Below, one piece after another: positions 9,103 through 17,718 of a stretch of 64,000 nt of DNA (the first letter of the stretch is position 1; every line of letters starts with the position of its first letter). The DNA is from Gemmatimonadota bacterium (GTDB lineage Bacteria > Gemmatimonadota > Gemmatimonadetes > Gemmatimonadales > GWC2-71-9): positions 22,134 to 86,133 of the forward strand of contig JANPEL010000369.1 in assembly GCA_031431925.1 (NCBI GenBank), read 5' to 3'. A program made the translations under genes and the position numbers. The notes under the pieces were generated by a model. That model was given only the letters and a program-made list of their open reading frames with translations. It had not been told where the DNA came from and did no database searches.

Positions 9103-9870
9103 ATGGATCTCGGCACTGCCCGGTTATTCCGCTGGACCGACATTCCGACCGAAGCCGTTACGGACATGATTTCCCGTCAAGTCATTACCGGCGAAAAGGT
9201 GATGGCGGGTCACATCCGGCTCAAGAAGGGCTGCGTCGTTCCCTACCATAAACATGAGGCCGAACAGCATTCGCTGGTATTCTCCGGCGCCCTCAAGTTC
9301 ATCATCAACGGCCAGTCGATCGTCGTGGGTCCCGGCCAGATGTTGGTGATCCCGTCGTGGGTTGCCCACGAGGCCGTGGCGCTGGAGGACACCTACGAAA
9401 TGGATGTTTTCAGCCCGATCCGGCACGACTGGCTGAACCGGTCGGACTCGTACTTCACGAACCAACCCTCCCAGCCACCGGGGTTCGAGAACCCGGCCAC
9501 CGGGGACAACCCGGCGCGACTGGTGCAATGGGCGGAGGTCCCGACCGAACCCCTGACTTCCATGATCGACCGGTCGTTCGTGTCCGGCGAGCGGGCCACG
9601 GTTTGCAACTTCCTCCTTCGCCAGGGCGCCCTCGTGCCGGTCCATCAGCACGAGAGCGAGCAACTGACATGGGTTCGTCGGGGTCACCTTCGCCTGACGG
9701 TGGCCGACCAACCCTTCGAGGTCACGGCCGGGTCGGTGATTCGGATCCCATCCCAAGCCCCGCATATGGCAGAAGCGATCGAAGAGACCGAGGCCACGGA
9801 TCTCTTCGGTCCCCGGCGCGAGGATTGGGCCTCCGGACACGATCACTATCTACGGCAGGGCAACCGATAG
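9103..9870 (+). CDS. Bicupin (two cupin_2 modules)
   Basis: Two internally repeated halves, each with a metal motif: PYHKHEAEQHSLVFSG ... HEAV and PVHQHESEQLTWVRRG ... PHMAEA. Confidence 0.75.
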   Translation: MDLGTARLFRWTDIPTEAVTDMISRQVITGEKVMAGHIRLKKGCVVPYHKHEAEQHSLVFSGALKFIINGQSIVVGPGQMLVIPSWVAHEAVALEDTYEMDVFSPIRHDWLNRSDSYFTNQPSQPPGFENPATGDNPARLVQWAEVPTEPLTSMIDRSFVSGERATVCNFLLRQGALVPVHQHESEQLTWVRRGHLRLTVADQPFEVTAGSVIRIPSQAPHMAEAIEETEATDLFGPRREDWASGHDHYLRQGNR

Positions 9871-9882
9871 GAGGCGGCTCCC

Positions 9883-10860
9883 ATGCGCGCGATCAGAGTT
9901 CACGGGTTTGGCGATCCATCGGTCATGGTGGTGGAAGAGGTTCCCGTCCCGGTCCCCGGGCCCGGGCAAGTCCAGGTCAAAGTCCACGCCGCGGGCGTCA
10001 ATCCGGTGGAGACCTACATCCGAAGCGGCCGGTACGGCGCCCTGCCCACGTTGCCGTACACCCCGGGTTCGGACGGCGCCGGCGTGATCGTCGGAGTGGG
10101 CGACGGACCCCATCCGTGGAAGGCCGGCGATCGGGTCTTCTTCCACGGAACGGCGGTGGGCCAAACGGGCGGGTCCTACGCGGAAATGGCCGTGTGCGAG
10201 GCCAGTCAAGTGTACCGATTGCCGGCCCATGTCGGGTTTTCCGAGGGCGCGGCGTTAGGCGTTCCCTATGCGACCGCCTACGTCGGACTGTTCTTGAAGG
10301 CGGCGGCCAAGCCGGGTGAAATCGTCCTGGTCCACGGCGCGAGCGGCGGTGTCGGCACCGCGGCCCTGCAGCTGGCCCGCTGGAAGGGTCTCAAGGTGAT
10401 CGGTACAGCGGGAAGTCCGGACGGGCTTGAGTTGGTGCGGGCCAACGGAGCGCACTTTGCCGTGGGGCATCGGGAAGCGTTGTATCTCGACCAGATCAAG
10501 GCGGCCGCCAACAACGGCCGGGGCCCGGATGTCGTTCTCGAAATGCTGGCCAACGAAAACTTGGATCATGATTTCGACCTGGTGGCCCCCCGGGGCAGGA
10601 TCGTCGTGATCGGAAACCGCGGGCGGATCGAGATCGATCCCCGGAAGATCATGGCGAAGGATCTGACCGTGACCGGAGTGTTCCTGTGGGGTGTCGGTCC
10701 GGAGCAGCTCGCGACGGTTTACGCCGACATCAGCGCCGGTCTCGAGCAACGGGCGCTCGTCCCGGTCATTGGGCAAGAGCTGCCGTTGGCCGAGGCGGCT
10801 CGGGCCCACGAAGTCATCATGGGCGGCCGGGCTTACGGTAAGATCGTGTTGGTTCCGTAA
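9883..10860 (+). CDS. NADPH:quinone oxidoreductase / zeta-crystallin-type medium-chain dehydrogenase
   Basis: MRAIRVHGFGDPSVMVVEEVPVPVPGPGQVQVKVHAAGVNPVETYIRSG, nucleotide loop VLVHGASGGVGTAALQLA, and C-terminus GKIVLVP. Confidence 0.85.
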   Translation: MRAIRVHGFGDPSVMVVEEVPVPVPGPGQVQVKVHAAGVNPVETYIRSGRYGALPTLPYTPGSDGAGVIVGVGDGPHPWKAGDRVFFHGTAVGQTGGSYAEMAVCEASQVYRLPAHVGFSEGAALGVPYATAYVGLFLKAAAKPGEIVLVHGASGGVGTAALQLARWKGLKVIGTAGSPDGLELVRANGAHFAVGHREALYLDQIKAAANNGRGPDVVLEMLANENLDHDFDLVAPRGRIVVIGNRGRIEIDPRKIMAKDLTVTGVFLWGVGPEQLATVYADISAGLEQRALVPVIGQELPLAEAARAHEVIMGGRAYGKIVLVP

Positions 10861-10863
10861 CGC

Positions 10864-10900
10864 GACGAAACGCCGGACCGGGGGGATCCGACGTTTCGTC
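10864..10900 (+). terminator. Stem-loop immediately after the quinone oxidoreductase stop (possible terminator; no U-tract)
   Basis: GACGAAACG (10864-10872) pairs with CGTTTCGTC (10892-10900). An inner CGGA/TCCG extension has one C.A mismatch. It is followed by TGGGGG rather than a T-run. Confidence 0.35.
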
Positions 10901-11238
10901 TGGGGGAGGCTCCGGACCGTCGGCCCGTTGCCGACACTCTGTTGAGCAATCGGCATGCCGCCTGATTCGGATCGGGCTTCAGGCAAGCAACTCGCTCGGC
11001 CGCAACAACTTGGGATGAGCATCCGGAGACCGAAGGCCCGATCGGGCCGAACCGAACTATCGTGGTGCCACACTCGACTGTAGACCTCGAGCGACGTGCC
11101 GGTCGAAAATTCGGCCGATCGGACCGTTGTGTGCTCTGGGCCCCGGACCAGGCCCCGCGGCATTCGATTCGTCAGGAACGCCCGGACTTCGGAGACCACC
11201 CAGCGGCGGAGCATCGCCCCAACCTGGGGCCTTTCGCC

Positions 11239-11685
11239 TCAGAGTCGGACCGGCCCGGGCGGCTCGGCGGCCAGCAACTGATGGATGGCGGCGACGGCGC
11301 CGTTGTCGTCGCTCAACAGAACCAGCTCGCCCCCCCGTGATTGAATCCGGACCGTGCATCGAATGACGGCACGGAGCCGAGCAAGAATCTGCACGGCGGG
11401 CAGGTCGTTTCGGAGGATCCTGATGCTCTGAAAGTCGCCCCGGCGGATGGCCGCGGCGCTTTCCAGCAACTCCCGCCTAACAGCTTCGATGCCAACGGAA
11501 TCGGCGGCCGGCATGGAGATCTTGACCCGGCCGCCGCTTTCGTTCGGGAGGTACTCGACGAGCGGTTGGCTCACCGTTGCCATCGCCAGGGATGCAGAAC
11601 TCTGCGCGGCGACCACGGTGATCCGGCCCAGGGCCGTTAGGCCGAAGACTGCCACGAATGCAAGACGCAACAAGAATGTAGGCAT
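11239..11685 (-). CDS. Secreted hypothetical protein (148 aa), last gene of the amidoligase run
   Basis: Signal-like N-terminus MPTFLLRLAFVAVFGLTALGRITVVAAQ and balanced non-artefactual composition. No family recognised. Confidence 0.5.
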   Translation of the reverse strand: MPTFLLRLAFVAVFGLTALGRITVVAAQSSASLAMATVSQPLVEYLPNESGGRVKISMPAADSVGIEAVRRELLESAAAIRRGDFQSIRILRNDLPAVQILARLRAVIRCTVRIQSRGGELVLLSDDNGAVAAIHQLLAAEPPGPVRL

Positions 11686-11734
11686 TGCCGACCCAAGGGG
11701 GGCAAGAGAGGTGCCAGGGTCGGGGGCCGGTCCG

Positions 11735-12505
11735 TTAGGTATTGTGGAAGGCAGCGGCCGCGTTGATAAACTCTCGGAACACGTGCCGGGTGTTGGGATC
11801 GGTTAGCTCGAAGACCTCGGGGTGCCACTGGACCCCGACCAGGAAATGATCGTTGGTCGACTCGGCGGCTTCGATCAAACCGTCTGGTGCCACGGCGCTC
11901 GCCACGAGGCTCGGGGCCAAGGTCTTGATGCCTTGGTGGTGCATGCTGTTGACGGCGATTCGGTCTTTTTCGTACAAATGCCGGAGTCGGGAGCCGCGGG
12001 TCAACGCCACGTCATGGGCGAGGTGGTCGCGCTCGAAACCGTAGGTCGGGAAGTAGTCGTGTTTGATGGCGTTCGGATACTGGTCGTCGAGATCCTGATA
12101 GAGGGTCCCGCCGAGCGCGACGTTGATGACTTGGAGACCCCGGCAAAGGCCGAGGAGCGGACGCTTGTCCTCCACGGCCCACTCAGTCAACTGAAGTTCA
12201 ACTCGGTCACGGGCGGGATCGATGCGGCCGAGCTTGGCGTGGGGTTCTTCGCCGAAGCGTTCGGGGTCCATGTCCACGCCGCCCGGAATCATGATGCCGT
12301 CACAGGCCTCGTACACCGCGCGGAGGGCCTCGGGTTCGTCGTCGAGCAGCGGGATCAGGATCGGCGCGGCCCCGACCAGGGCGACCGCGACGTAGTACCG
12401 TTGGTTCATAACGACCGACTGGGGCAGTCCCTCGGGAATGCCGTCAATCGAGTGGAGCGTCTGGGTCGTGACCCCGATGATGGGGCGCCGGTTGAGTTTT
12501 TTCAT
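11735..12505 (-). CDS. Peptidase C26 / class I glutamine amidotransferase-like gamma-glutamyl amidase (PuuD-like)
   Basis: PIIGVTTQ start, nucleophile elbow LLGLCRGLQVINV, and VNSMHHQG / VQWHPE motifs. Start trimmed to the ATG at 12505 (MKKLNRRP) so it does not overlap the upstream gene. Confidence 0.8.
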   Translation of the reverse strand: MKKLNRRPIIGVTTQTLHSIDGIPEGLPQSVVMNQRYYVAVALVGAAPILIPLLDDEPEALRAVYEACDGIMIPGGVDMDPERFGEEPHAKLGRIDPARDRVELQLTEWAVEDKRPLLGLCRGLQVINVALGGTLYQDLDDQYPNAIKHDYFPTYGFERDHLAHDVALTRGSRLRHLYEKDRIAVNSMHHQGIKTLAPSLVASAVAPDGLIEAAESTNDHFLVGVQWHPEVFELTDPNTRHVFREFINAAAAFHNT

Positions 12506-12545
12506 AGTGGCTTGATCCAATCTGGCAGCAAGGGACGGGCCAGCA

Positions 12546-13655
12546 CTAGCGAATCCCCTCTTCGGTCTCGGCAATCAGTTGGTCGACCACGGCATGGAGG
12601 TCGCCGCCGGTTCGTTCGTAGGTGGCCAACTGCCGGTCGGCGCTGGTCCCGTTTTCAAGGATGTGAAAGGCGTACTCGATTTCCTTCCGACTGCCAAGCT
12701 CATCGACGACGTCATCGACGAACCACTCGATCATCTCGCGGATCAGGCTCCGGGCCGGGAGTTCGATCCCCTTGCCGAAATCGATCAACTTACCATCGAG
12801 TCCGTACCGGCAGGCCCGCCACTTGTTCTCTTCGATGAAGGCGGCCGAATACTTCCGCCAGTTCAAGTTGTCACGCCGGAGCTTGTACACCTTGGCGATA
12901 ATGGCTTGAAAGAGGGCGCCGATACACACCGCTTCGTCGACCCGGGTGCAGACATCGCAAATCCGCATCTCGAGCGTCGGGTAGCTCCAGCTGGGCCGGA
13001 TGTCCCACCAAATTTTCGAGGCGTTGGGGATGCTCTTGGTTTCGACCAGAGTATTGACGATATCCTCGAACTCACCCCAGGAATGCAGTTCCCGGGGAAT
13101 CCCGGTTCGGGGAAAGCTTCGAAACACGATGCTCCGGTAGGACTTGAGGCCGGTTTTTCGGCCGAGCCAAAACGGCGAGCTAGTCGAGAGGCAGAGCAGG
13201 TGCGGCATGAAGTAACTGGCCGCATTCATGGCCTCGATCAAGAACTCGCGATCTTCGATGCCGATATGGACGTGGGTGCCGAAGATCAGCAGCCGCTGGG
13301 CCAATTCCTGAAGGTCCTCTTTGACGCCGAGATACCGGTCGAGCGGGGTAATCTCCTGCTCCATCCAGCTCGAGAACGGATGGCTGCCGGCGGCCGCCAC
13401 CTTGAGTCCGTTCTTGGCCGCCAAGTCCATCACCAGCCTCCGAAGCCGGACCAGCTCCGCTCGGGCTTCCGCCGGGGTCCGGCACACCTTGGTGCCGACT
13501 TCGACCATCGATTGATGGAGCTCGGGCTTGACCTCGCCAAGCACTACCGAGTCCTCTTTCAGGATTTCGGTGATGTACGAACGCAATTCCCGGGTCTTGG
13601 GATCGATGATCTGGTACTCTTCCTCGATCCCGATTGTTAGGCTTGGCGGTTTCAT
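12546..13655 (-). CDS. Carboxylate-amine ligase, glutamate-cysteine ligase family 2 (YbdK/GCS2-like)
   Basis: SLTIGIEEEYQIIDPKTRELR, ELHQSMVEVGT, FGTHVHIG and the WWDIRP motif, all typical of GCS2. Confidence 0.85.
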   Translation of the reverse strand: MKPPSLTIGIEEEYQIIDPKTRELRSYITEILKEDSVVLGEVKPELHQSMVEVGTKVCRTPAEARAELVRLRRLVMDLAAKNGLKVAAAGSHPFSSWMEQEITPLDRYLGVKEDLQELAQRLLIFGTHVHIGIEDREFLIEAMNAASYFMPHLLCLSTSSPFWLGRKTGLKSYRSIVFRSFPRTGIPRELHSWGEFEDIVNTLVETKSIPNASKIWWDIRPSWSYPTLEMRICDVCTRVDEAVCIGALFQAIIAKVYKLRRDNLNWRKYSAAFIEENKWRACRYGLDGKLIDFGKGIELPARSLIREMIEWFVDDVVDELGSRKEIEYAFHILENGTSADRQLATYERTGGDLHAVVDQLIAETEEGIR

Positions 13656-13673
13656 GAACTCACGGGTTTGGGG

Positions 13674-15026
13674 CTAGGGAGCTCGGGGCTCGACCAGCAG
13701 GGTCGGGACCGTCGATCCGCCGCCGGCGGTGACGTTCACGAGCGTGGCGGTCGAGACGCGGGTCAAGCATCCTTCGGCAAACGATCCATCAAAACAGAAC
13801 GGTGCCGTGTCGACGATCCGGCCGGCCAAGACCACCTTGCCGTCGACCAGGCTCGGGAACAGCTCCGAGGGCAGGCCGATTCGCTGCTGAACAATGGAGG
13901 GGTGCTCAATGGCCTTGGCTACCTCGGCTTGCCATGTCGCCGGATCGACCTCCCAGCCGAGCACCACGCCGGCGCCGCCGTAGTCGTCATTCGGCTTGAG
14001 GACGAGCCGGTCTTGGTTGGCGGCAACGAAGGGCAGCAGGTCAATCGGACGGCCGTCGATCACGGTGTTCCGCTCCTCGACCACCCGGGTCCACGGGACA
14101 TGGGCCGCAATGACCTCCCGTTCGGCCGCCGAGAACAGCGCGGCGTTTCGTTCGTCGGAGAGCACGGCCAGGCTGGCCTTCTTGTGGAGAATTTTACAGC
14201 GAAACGGGTTCGTCATGCAGACGGCCCTGTCCCGGACTGCGCGCACCATCGGGTGGTCGAGGCCCCCATCGGCGACGAGTTCATTGATCAGGACCCGCTT
14301 GTAGATCAGGTCGATCTTGACGCCACCCGAGTAGAGGGCGCCGCCCAGGTATTCGACCTCGCGCGGGTCACCGATGACGCAGTGGATGCCGACTGACTGA
14401 AAATAGTCCCGATAGAGCACGAACTCGCTCATCGTCGGGACTTCCTTCCAGTCGAGAATCCCGATGGTCGGCTTGGTTCGCCCGCCTGAAAATCTTTGGT
14501 AGGCTTTGAGCAGTGAATGGAGCACGTTGTGCCGGGCCGGGATCGGGCTCACCGCAAACCGGCGCCGGAACTCCCGCATCAGGGGAAGCGCCAGAAAGAG
14601 ATCGGTCAGGGCATCGTTGTACGCCGAGCCGGCCGGGGTCTCCGCGTTGTACTCGGTAAACCGAAGCTGCCCGTCATCGGGCGAGAAAAAGGCGTCGAGC
14701 CGGGACACCGGTGAGGCGTCGGTCCCTGGGTCCTCCAGTACCAACGTCCGTTCCCAGTCTTCGAGACGGAATTGGTCGAGCACGGCCGGATTGGCCAGCG
14801 CGGCCTCAAGGGCGGTGTTGAACGCCCCGAGGAGCACGGCGATCCGCTCACGCATCAGATCGTAGTCGGGCCGGGACAGAAACCGGGGGCGGATGACCGT
14901 GCAGAGGGGCCGCTCGCCGAACATCAATCCGCGTTTGGCCAGTTCGGCATTGAGCCACTCGCCCGATTCGGCTCCGATGGCCTGGGTGGCGCTGTCGTGC
15001 CAGGCCTCGATGGCGGCCCGGGTCAT
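13674..15026 (-). CDS. Glutathionylspermidine-synthetase-like / circularly permuted ATP-grasp superfamily amidoligase
   Basis: VSRLDAFFSPDDGQLRFTEYNAETPAGSAYND matches the R-x-D...E-x-N-x-x-T-P-x-G core of GSP_synth/CP-ATP-grasp enzymes. Start trimmed to the ATG at 15026, which forms an ATGA overlap with the upstream stop (15023-15026). Confidence 0.7.
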   Translation of the reverse strand: MTRAAIEAWHDSATQAIGAESGEWLNAELAKRGLMFGERPLCTVIRPRFLSRPDYDLMRERIAVLLGAFNTALEAALANPAVLDQFRLEDWERTLVLEDPGTDASPVSRLDAFFSPDDGQLRFTEYNAETPAGSAYNDALTDLFLALPLMREFRRRFAVSPIPARHNVLHSLLKAYQRFSGGRTKPTIGILDWKEVPTMSEFVLYRDYFQSVGIHCVIGDPREVEYLGGALYSGGVKIDLIYKRVLINELVADGGLDHPMVRAVRDRAVCMTNPFRCKILHKKASLAVLSDERNAALFSAAEREVIAAHVPWTRVVEERNTVIDGRPIDLLPFVAANQDRLVLKPNDDYGGAGVVLGWEVDPATWQAEVAKAIEHPSIVQQRIGLPSELFPSLVDGKVVLAGRIVDTAPFCFDGSFAEGCLTRVSTATLVNVTAGGGSTVPTLLVEPRAP

Positions 15027-15970
15027 GGCCGAACCGATCGTCCCTTCAGGAAATTCTCCCAACTCGGCCGGAGCGTGGCCGGCGGCGCCTTGGCCAGACG
15101 AATGGCCATATCGGCCATGGCCTTGACGACACACTCAAAATGCGCAGGCGTCAGCGAGTAGATATCCATGTCGGGGGCCGGATTCATGAAGTCGATGGCG
15201 TAGGGAATCCCGTCTTTGACGGCCCATTCGATCGAATTCATGTCGTAGCCTAACGCCCGGACCAAGGTCAGCGAATCGGCGACGATCCGCTGATTCAAGG
15301 CGGGCGGCAGGAAATCGAGTTCGGGGTGGTATTTCCGGGCCTTGGGGTCGTACTTGATCGGATAGATGACTTCCTGCCCGATGCAGAGGCAGCGAACGAA
15401 CTCGTCCCACTCGATGAACTCCTGGACGATCATGGTCAACAGGCCGGACCGATCGTAGTTGTAGATCAGCTCTTCGAGGCTCTTGCAGACATAGACCTCT
15501 TTCCAGCCGCCGCCGTGGGCATCTTTCAGAATGCAGGGCAACCCAACGTGATCGACGATTGCCTGCCAGTCGAGCGGGAATTGAAGATTGCGGAGACTTT
15601 CCGAGTGGACGATCCCGGGAACGTACTCCTTGTTCGGCAGCACCATGGTCTTTGGATGCGCCAATCCGAGTGAGGTCGCCAAGGTGGCACCGAAGAACTT
15701 GTCGTCGGCGGTCCACATGAAGGGGTTGTTCACGACGGTGGTGCCCTGGAGGGCCGCATGTTTCAAAAAGGTGCGGTAGAACGGCACCTCATGGGAGATC
15801 CGGTCGATGATGACGCGATACTCCGGGGCCGCGTCCATCCGGGGTGCACCGAGGGTCACGTATTCGGCAATAACGCCCTGATCGCGGCTGGCAACTTCTT
15901 CGATAAACGCTGGCGGCCAACTCCACTCGCGGCCGACGATGAGGCCGATCTTCTTTTGATCTGACGGCAT
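15023..15970 (-). CDS. ATP-grasp domain ligase (RimK-like), 315 aa
   Basis: PCILKDAHGGGWKEVYVCKSLEEL, MIVQEFIEWDEFVRCLCIG, NSIEWAVKDGIPYAIDFMNPAPD. Start trimmed from 16669 to the ATG at 15970 (MPSDQKKIGLIVG); the upstream 230 codons are Arg/Pro-rich antisense junk over the esterase gene. Confidence 0.75.
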   Translation of the reverse strand: MPSDQKKIGLIVGREWSWPPAFIEEVASRDQGVIAEYVTLGAPRMDAAPEYRVIIDRISHEVPFYRTFLKHAALQGTTVVNNPFMWTADDKFFGATLATSLGLAHPKTMVLPNKEYVPGIVHSESLRNLQFPLDWQAIVDHVGLPCILKDAHGGGWKEVYVCKSLEELIYNYDRSGLLTMIVQEFIEWDEFVRCLCIGQEVIYPIKYDPKARKYHPELDFLPPALNQRIVADSLTLVRALGYDMNSIEWAVKDGIPYAIDFMNPAPDMDIYSLTPAHFECVVKAMADMAIRLAKAPPATLRPSWENFLKGRSVRP

Positions 15971-16080
15971 GGCGGATACGTCCCTGCGGATTGGGTCGGA
16001 AAGGGGCTCGGGCGTCCACCCGGTCCCCAGTTGCTCTGCGAATGTACGGTGGTTGGAGAGCGGCGGGAAGCCGTCGCCGC

Positions 16081-16902
16081 TCAGGGGTTGGAACGGGCCG
16101 TCAAGAAGGGCAAGCACCGGCTGAATCGGCGGCCCCAGGTGGCTTCGTCGTGGATGCCCCCGACGTCTTCCACGTACTCGATCGTCGGCGCCGCACCGGG
16201 CCCGAGCTTGGCCAGCAGATCGCGGAGGGCCCGGGCGTCGGTCACGGCTCCTCTCGGCTCTTGCAGTCCGATGTCGAGATAGAGCCGCCCGACGGCCAGG
16301 GCGGACCAGGTGTCGACGTAGTCGAGGATCGACCGGCCCGCATACCAGAGCGACGGGCTCATGACCCCCGCCGCGCCAAACACATCGGCAAACCGATAGA
16401 GCCCGTACAGGCTGATCAGGCCCCCCATCGAGGACCCCGCGATCGCCGTCGAGGACCGAGCGGGGTTGGTTCGAAAATCTCGATCGACGATCGGCTTCAG
16501 GGTCTCGGCCAGGAAAGCGAGGTAGCGGTCGCCGCCGCCGCCGCCGCGAAGCGGATCGGGAAACGGGCTGTATTCGTAGAGCCGGTTCCGGCCGTGGTTG
16601 GCGATCCCGACGACGATGGCCTCGGTCCCCTGCGCGGCCAGTTCGGCCAAGACCGCGGTGAGCTGCCAATGGCCGGCAAACGCGGTGGCTGGATCGAACA
16701 GATTCTGACCGTCGTGCATGTACACAACGGGGTACCGGTCCGTCGTGGTGTTGTACGAAGGTGGCAAGGCGATCATGACGTCGCGATAGTTCCTGAGCTG
16801 GGGGCTCAAGACTCGTCGACGCACCAAGAGGCGGATGCTCGGATCGAGGGCGCCGGGATACGGCTGCCAGGCCGGATCAACCGGCGGGGAAATGGGCGTC
16901 AT
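16081..16902 (-). CDS. Esterase family alpha/beta hydrolase (putative esterase / siderophore-esterase-like fold)
   Basis: YPVVYMHDGQNLFD and the nucleophile elbow IAGSSMGGLISL; about 270 aa. Confidence 0.7.
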   Translation of the reverse strand: MTPISPPVDPAWQPYPGALDPSIRLLVRRRVLSPQLRNYRDVMIALPPSYNTTTDRYPVVYMHDGQNLFDPATAFAGHWQLTAVLAELAAQGTEAIVVGIANHGRNRLYEYSPFPDPLRGGGGGDRYLAFLAETLKPIVDRDFRTNPARSSTAIAGSSMGGLISLYGLYRFADVFGAAGVMSPSLWYAGRSILDYVDTWSALAVGRLYLDIGLQEPRGAVTDARALRDLLAKLGPGAAPTIEYVEDVGGIHDEATWGRRFSRCLPFLTARSNP

Positions 16903-16985
16903 GGAAGGAAACCGGGATGGAAAATAGCCGTAGGGCCCCCAAAGCGGTTAAACTCGTGTCATCTCCCTACTTGAGGCGTGCGCCG

Positions 16986-17642
16986 ATGGGTCCAATTCGA
17001 ACCATGGTTGGGGTGGCATTGGTCGCCGTGGCAACGGCGGCCGAAGCCCAGCGGTCGAGCCAAACCAGCATTGCCCTCACGCCCTACTTCGGATTGGTGA
17101 GCCCGGGTCGGGAGTTGTTGCTTCGGCCCGGGCTCGACCCGCTGCGTGACCCGGAATCCCAAGCCCTGTTTGGGGTCGCGGGCGGCCGGCTCACGGTTGG
17201 CCTATCGGAGAAGCTCGGCGTCGAGGCCGACGTCGGTTTTGGCAAGAGCGGGCTCCAAGTTTCGAAGCTCAGTGCGCCGTCGGGAACCAACGCGAAGGTC
17301 ACGACAATCAGCGGCCGCCTGGTGTATCGAACCAAGCCGACCACGGAGCCATCGTCCGTCACCCTTCACGCCGGGCTCGCCTCGGTGAGCCGTCGGTTTA
17401 CCGAGAAGTCCGGCGGGCCGAGTTCGGTCAAAAATCGATCAAACCTGGGGGCGGTGCTCGGGGCGACGATTGGGTTTCGGATGACGGCGCGGACGGCCCT
17501 CATGATTAGCGCCGAGGACTATGTCTACAACGCGAGCTTTGAGGTGACCGGGCCGGGAGGGGCGCTGCAACGGACTCAATCGTTGACCCAGAATGACATT
17601 CGGGTAACGGTCGGCGTCCGCTTCGCGCTGTTTGGCCAATAA
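16986..17642 (+). CDS. Small outer-membrane beta-barrel protein
   Basis: Signal peptide MGPIRTMVGVALVAVATAAEAQ, alternating strands, C-terminal ...VTVGVRFALFGQ. Start trimmed to the ATG at 16986. Confidence 0.55.
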   Translation: MGPIRTMVGVALVAVATAAEAQRSSQTSIALTPYFGLVSPGRELLLRPGLDPLRDPESQALFGVAGGRLTVGLSEKLGVEADVGFGKSGLQVSKLSAPSGTNAKVTTISGRLVYRTKPTTEPSSVTLHAGLASVSRRFTEKSGGPSSVKNRSNLGAVLGATIGFRMTARTALMISAEDYVYNASFEVTGPGGALQRTQSLTQNDIRVTVGVRFALFGQ

Positions 17643-17660
17643 CGCGATCCTGGTGCGAGG

Positions 17661-17697
17661 AAAAAAGAGGGGCGGGCATCGAGCCCGCCCCGCTTTT
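17661..17697. terminator. Bidirectional intrinsic terminator between convergent genes
   Basis: A-tract AAAAAAGA, then a 9-bp GC stem GGGGCGGGC (17669-17677) / GCCCGCCCC (17683-17691) with loop ATCGA, then GCTTTT. It reads as stem plus T-run on both strands. Confidence 0.65.
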
Positions 17698-17718
17698 ACT
17701 TGGTGGTGTTTCGACGAG

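Noticed and set aside
10901-11238. About 340-nt stretch with no convincing gene between the quinone oxidoreductase terminator-like hairpin and the secreted hypothetical gene; considered as an sRNA or degraded gene
   Set aside because: I could not recognise any protein remnant, tRNA-like fold or riboswitch motif by eye. The ORFs here (11062..11340 plus, 10255..11214 minus) lack protein-like character. It is left unannotated rather than claimed.
15971-16669. Long N-terminal extensions of listed ORFs (15023..16669, 5276..7039, 25395..26855, 26633..27589, 45599..46966, 32797..35469, 44367..45974, 54550..56025 and others)
   Set aside because: The extensions overlap upstream genes and are Arg/Pro-rich. 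Internal starts give signal peptides or family-typical N-termini and often form ATGA/GTGA junctions. Coordinates were trimmed accordingly.
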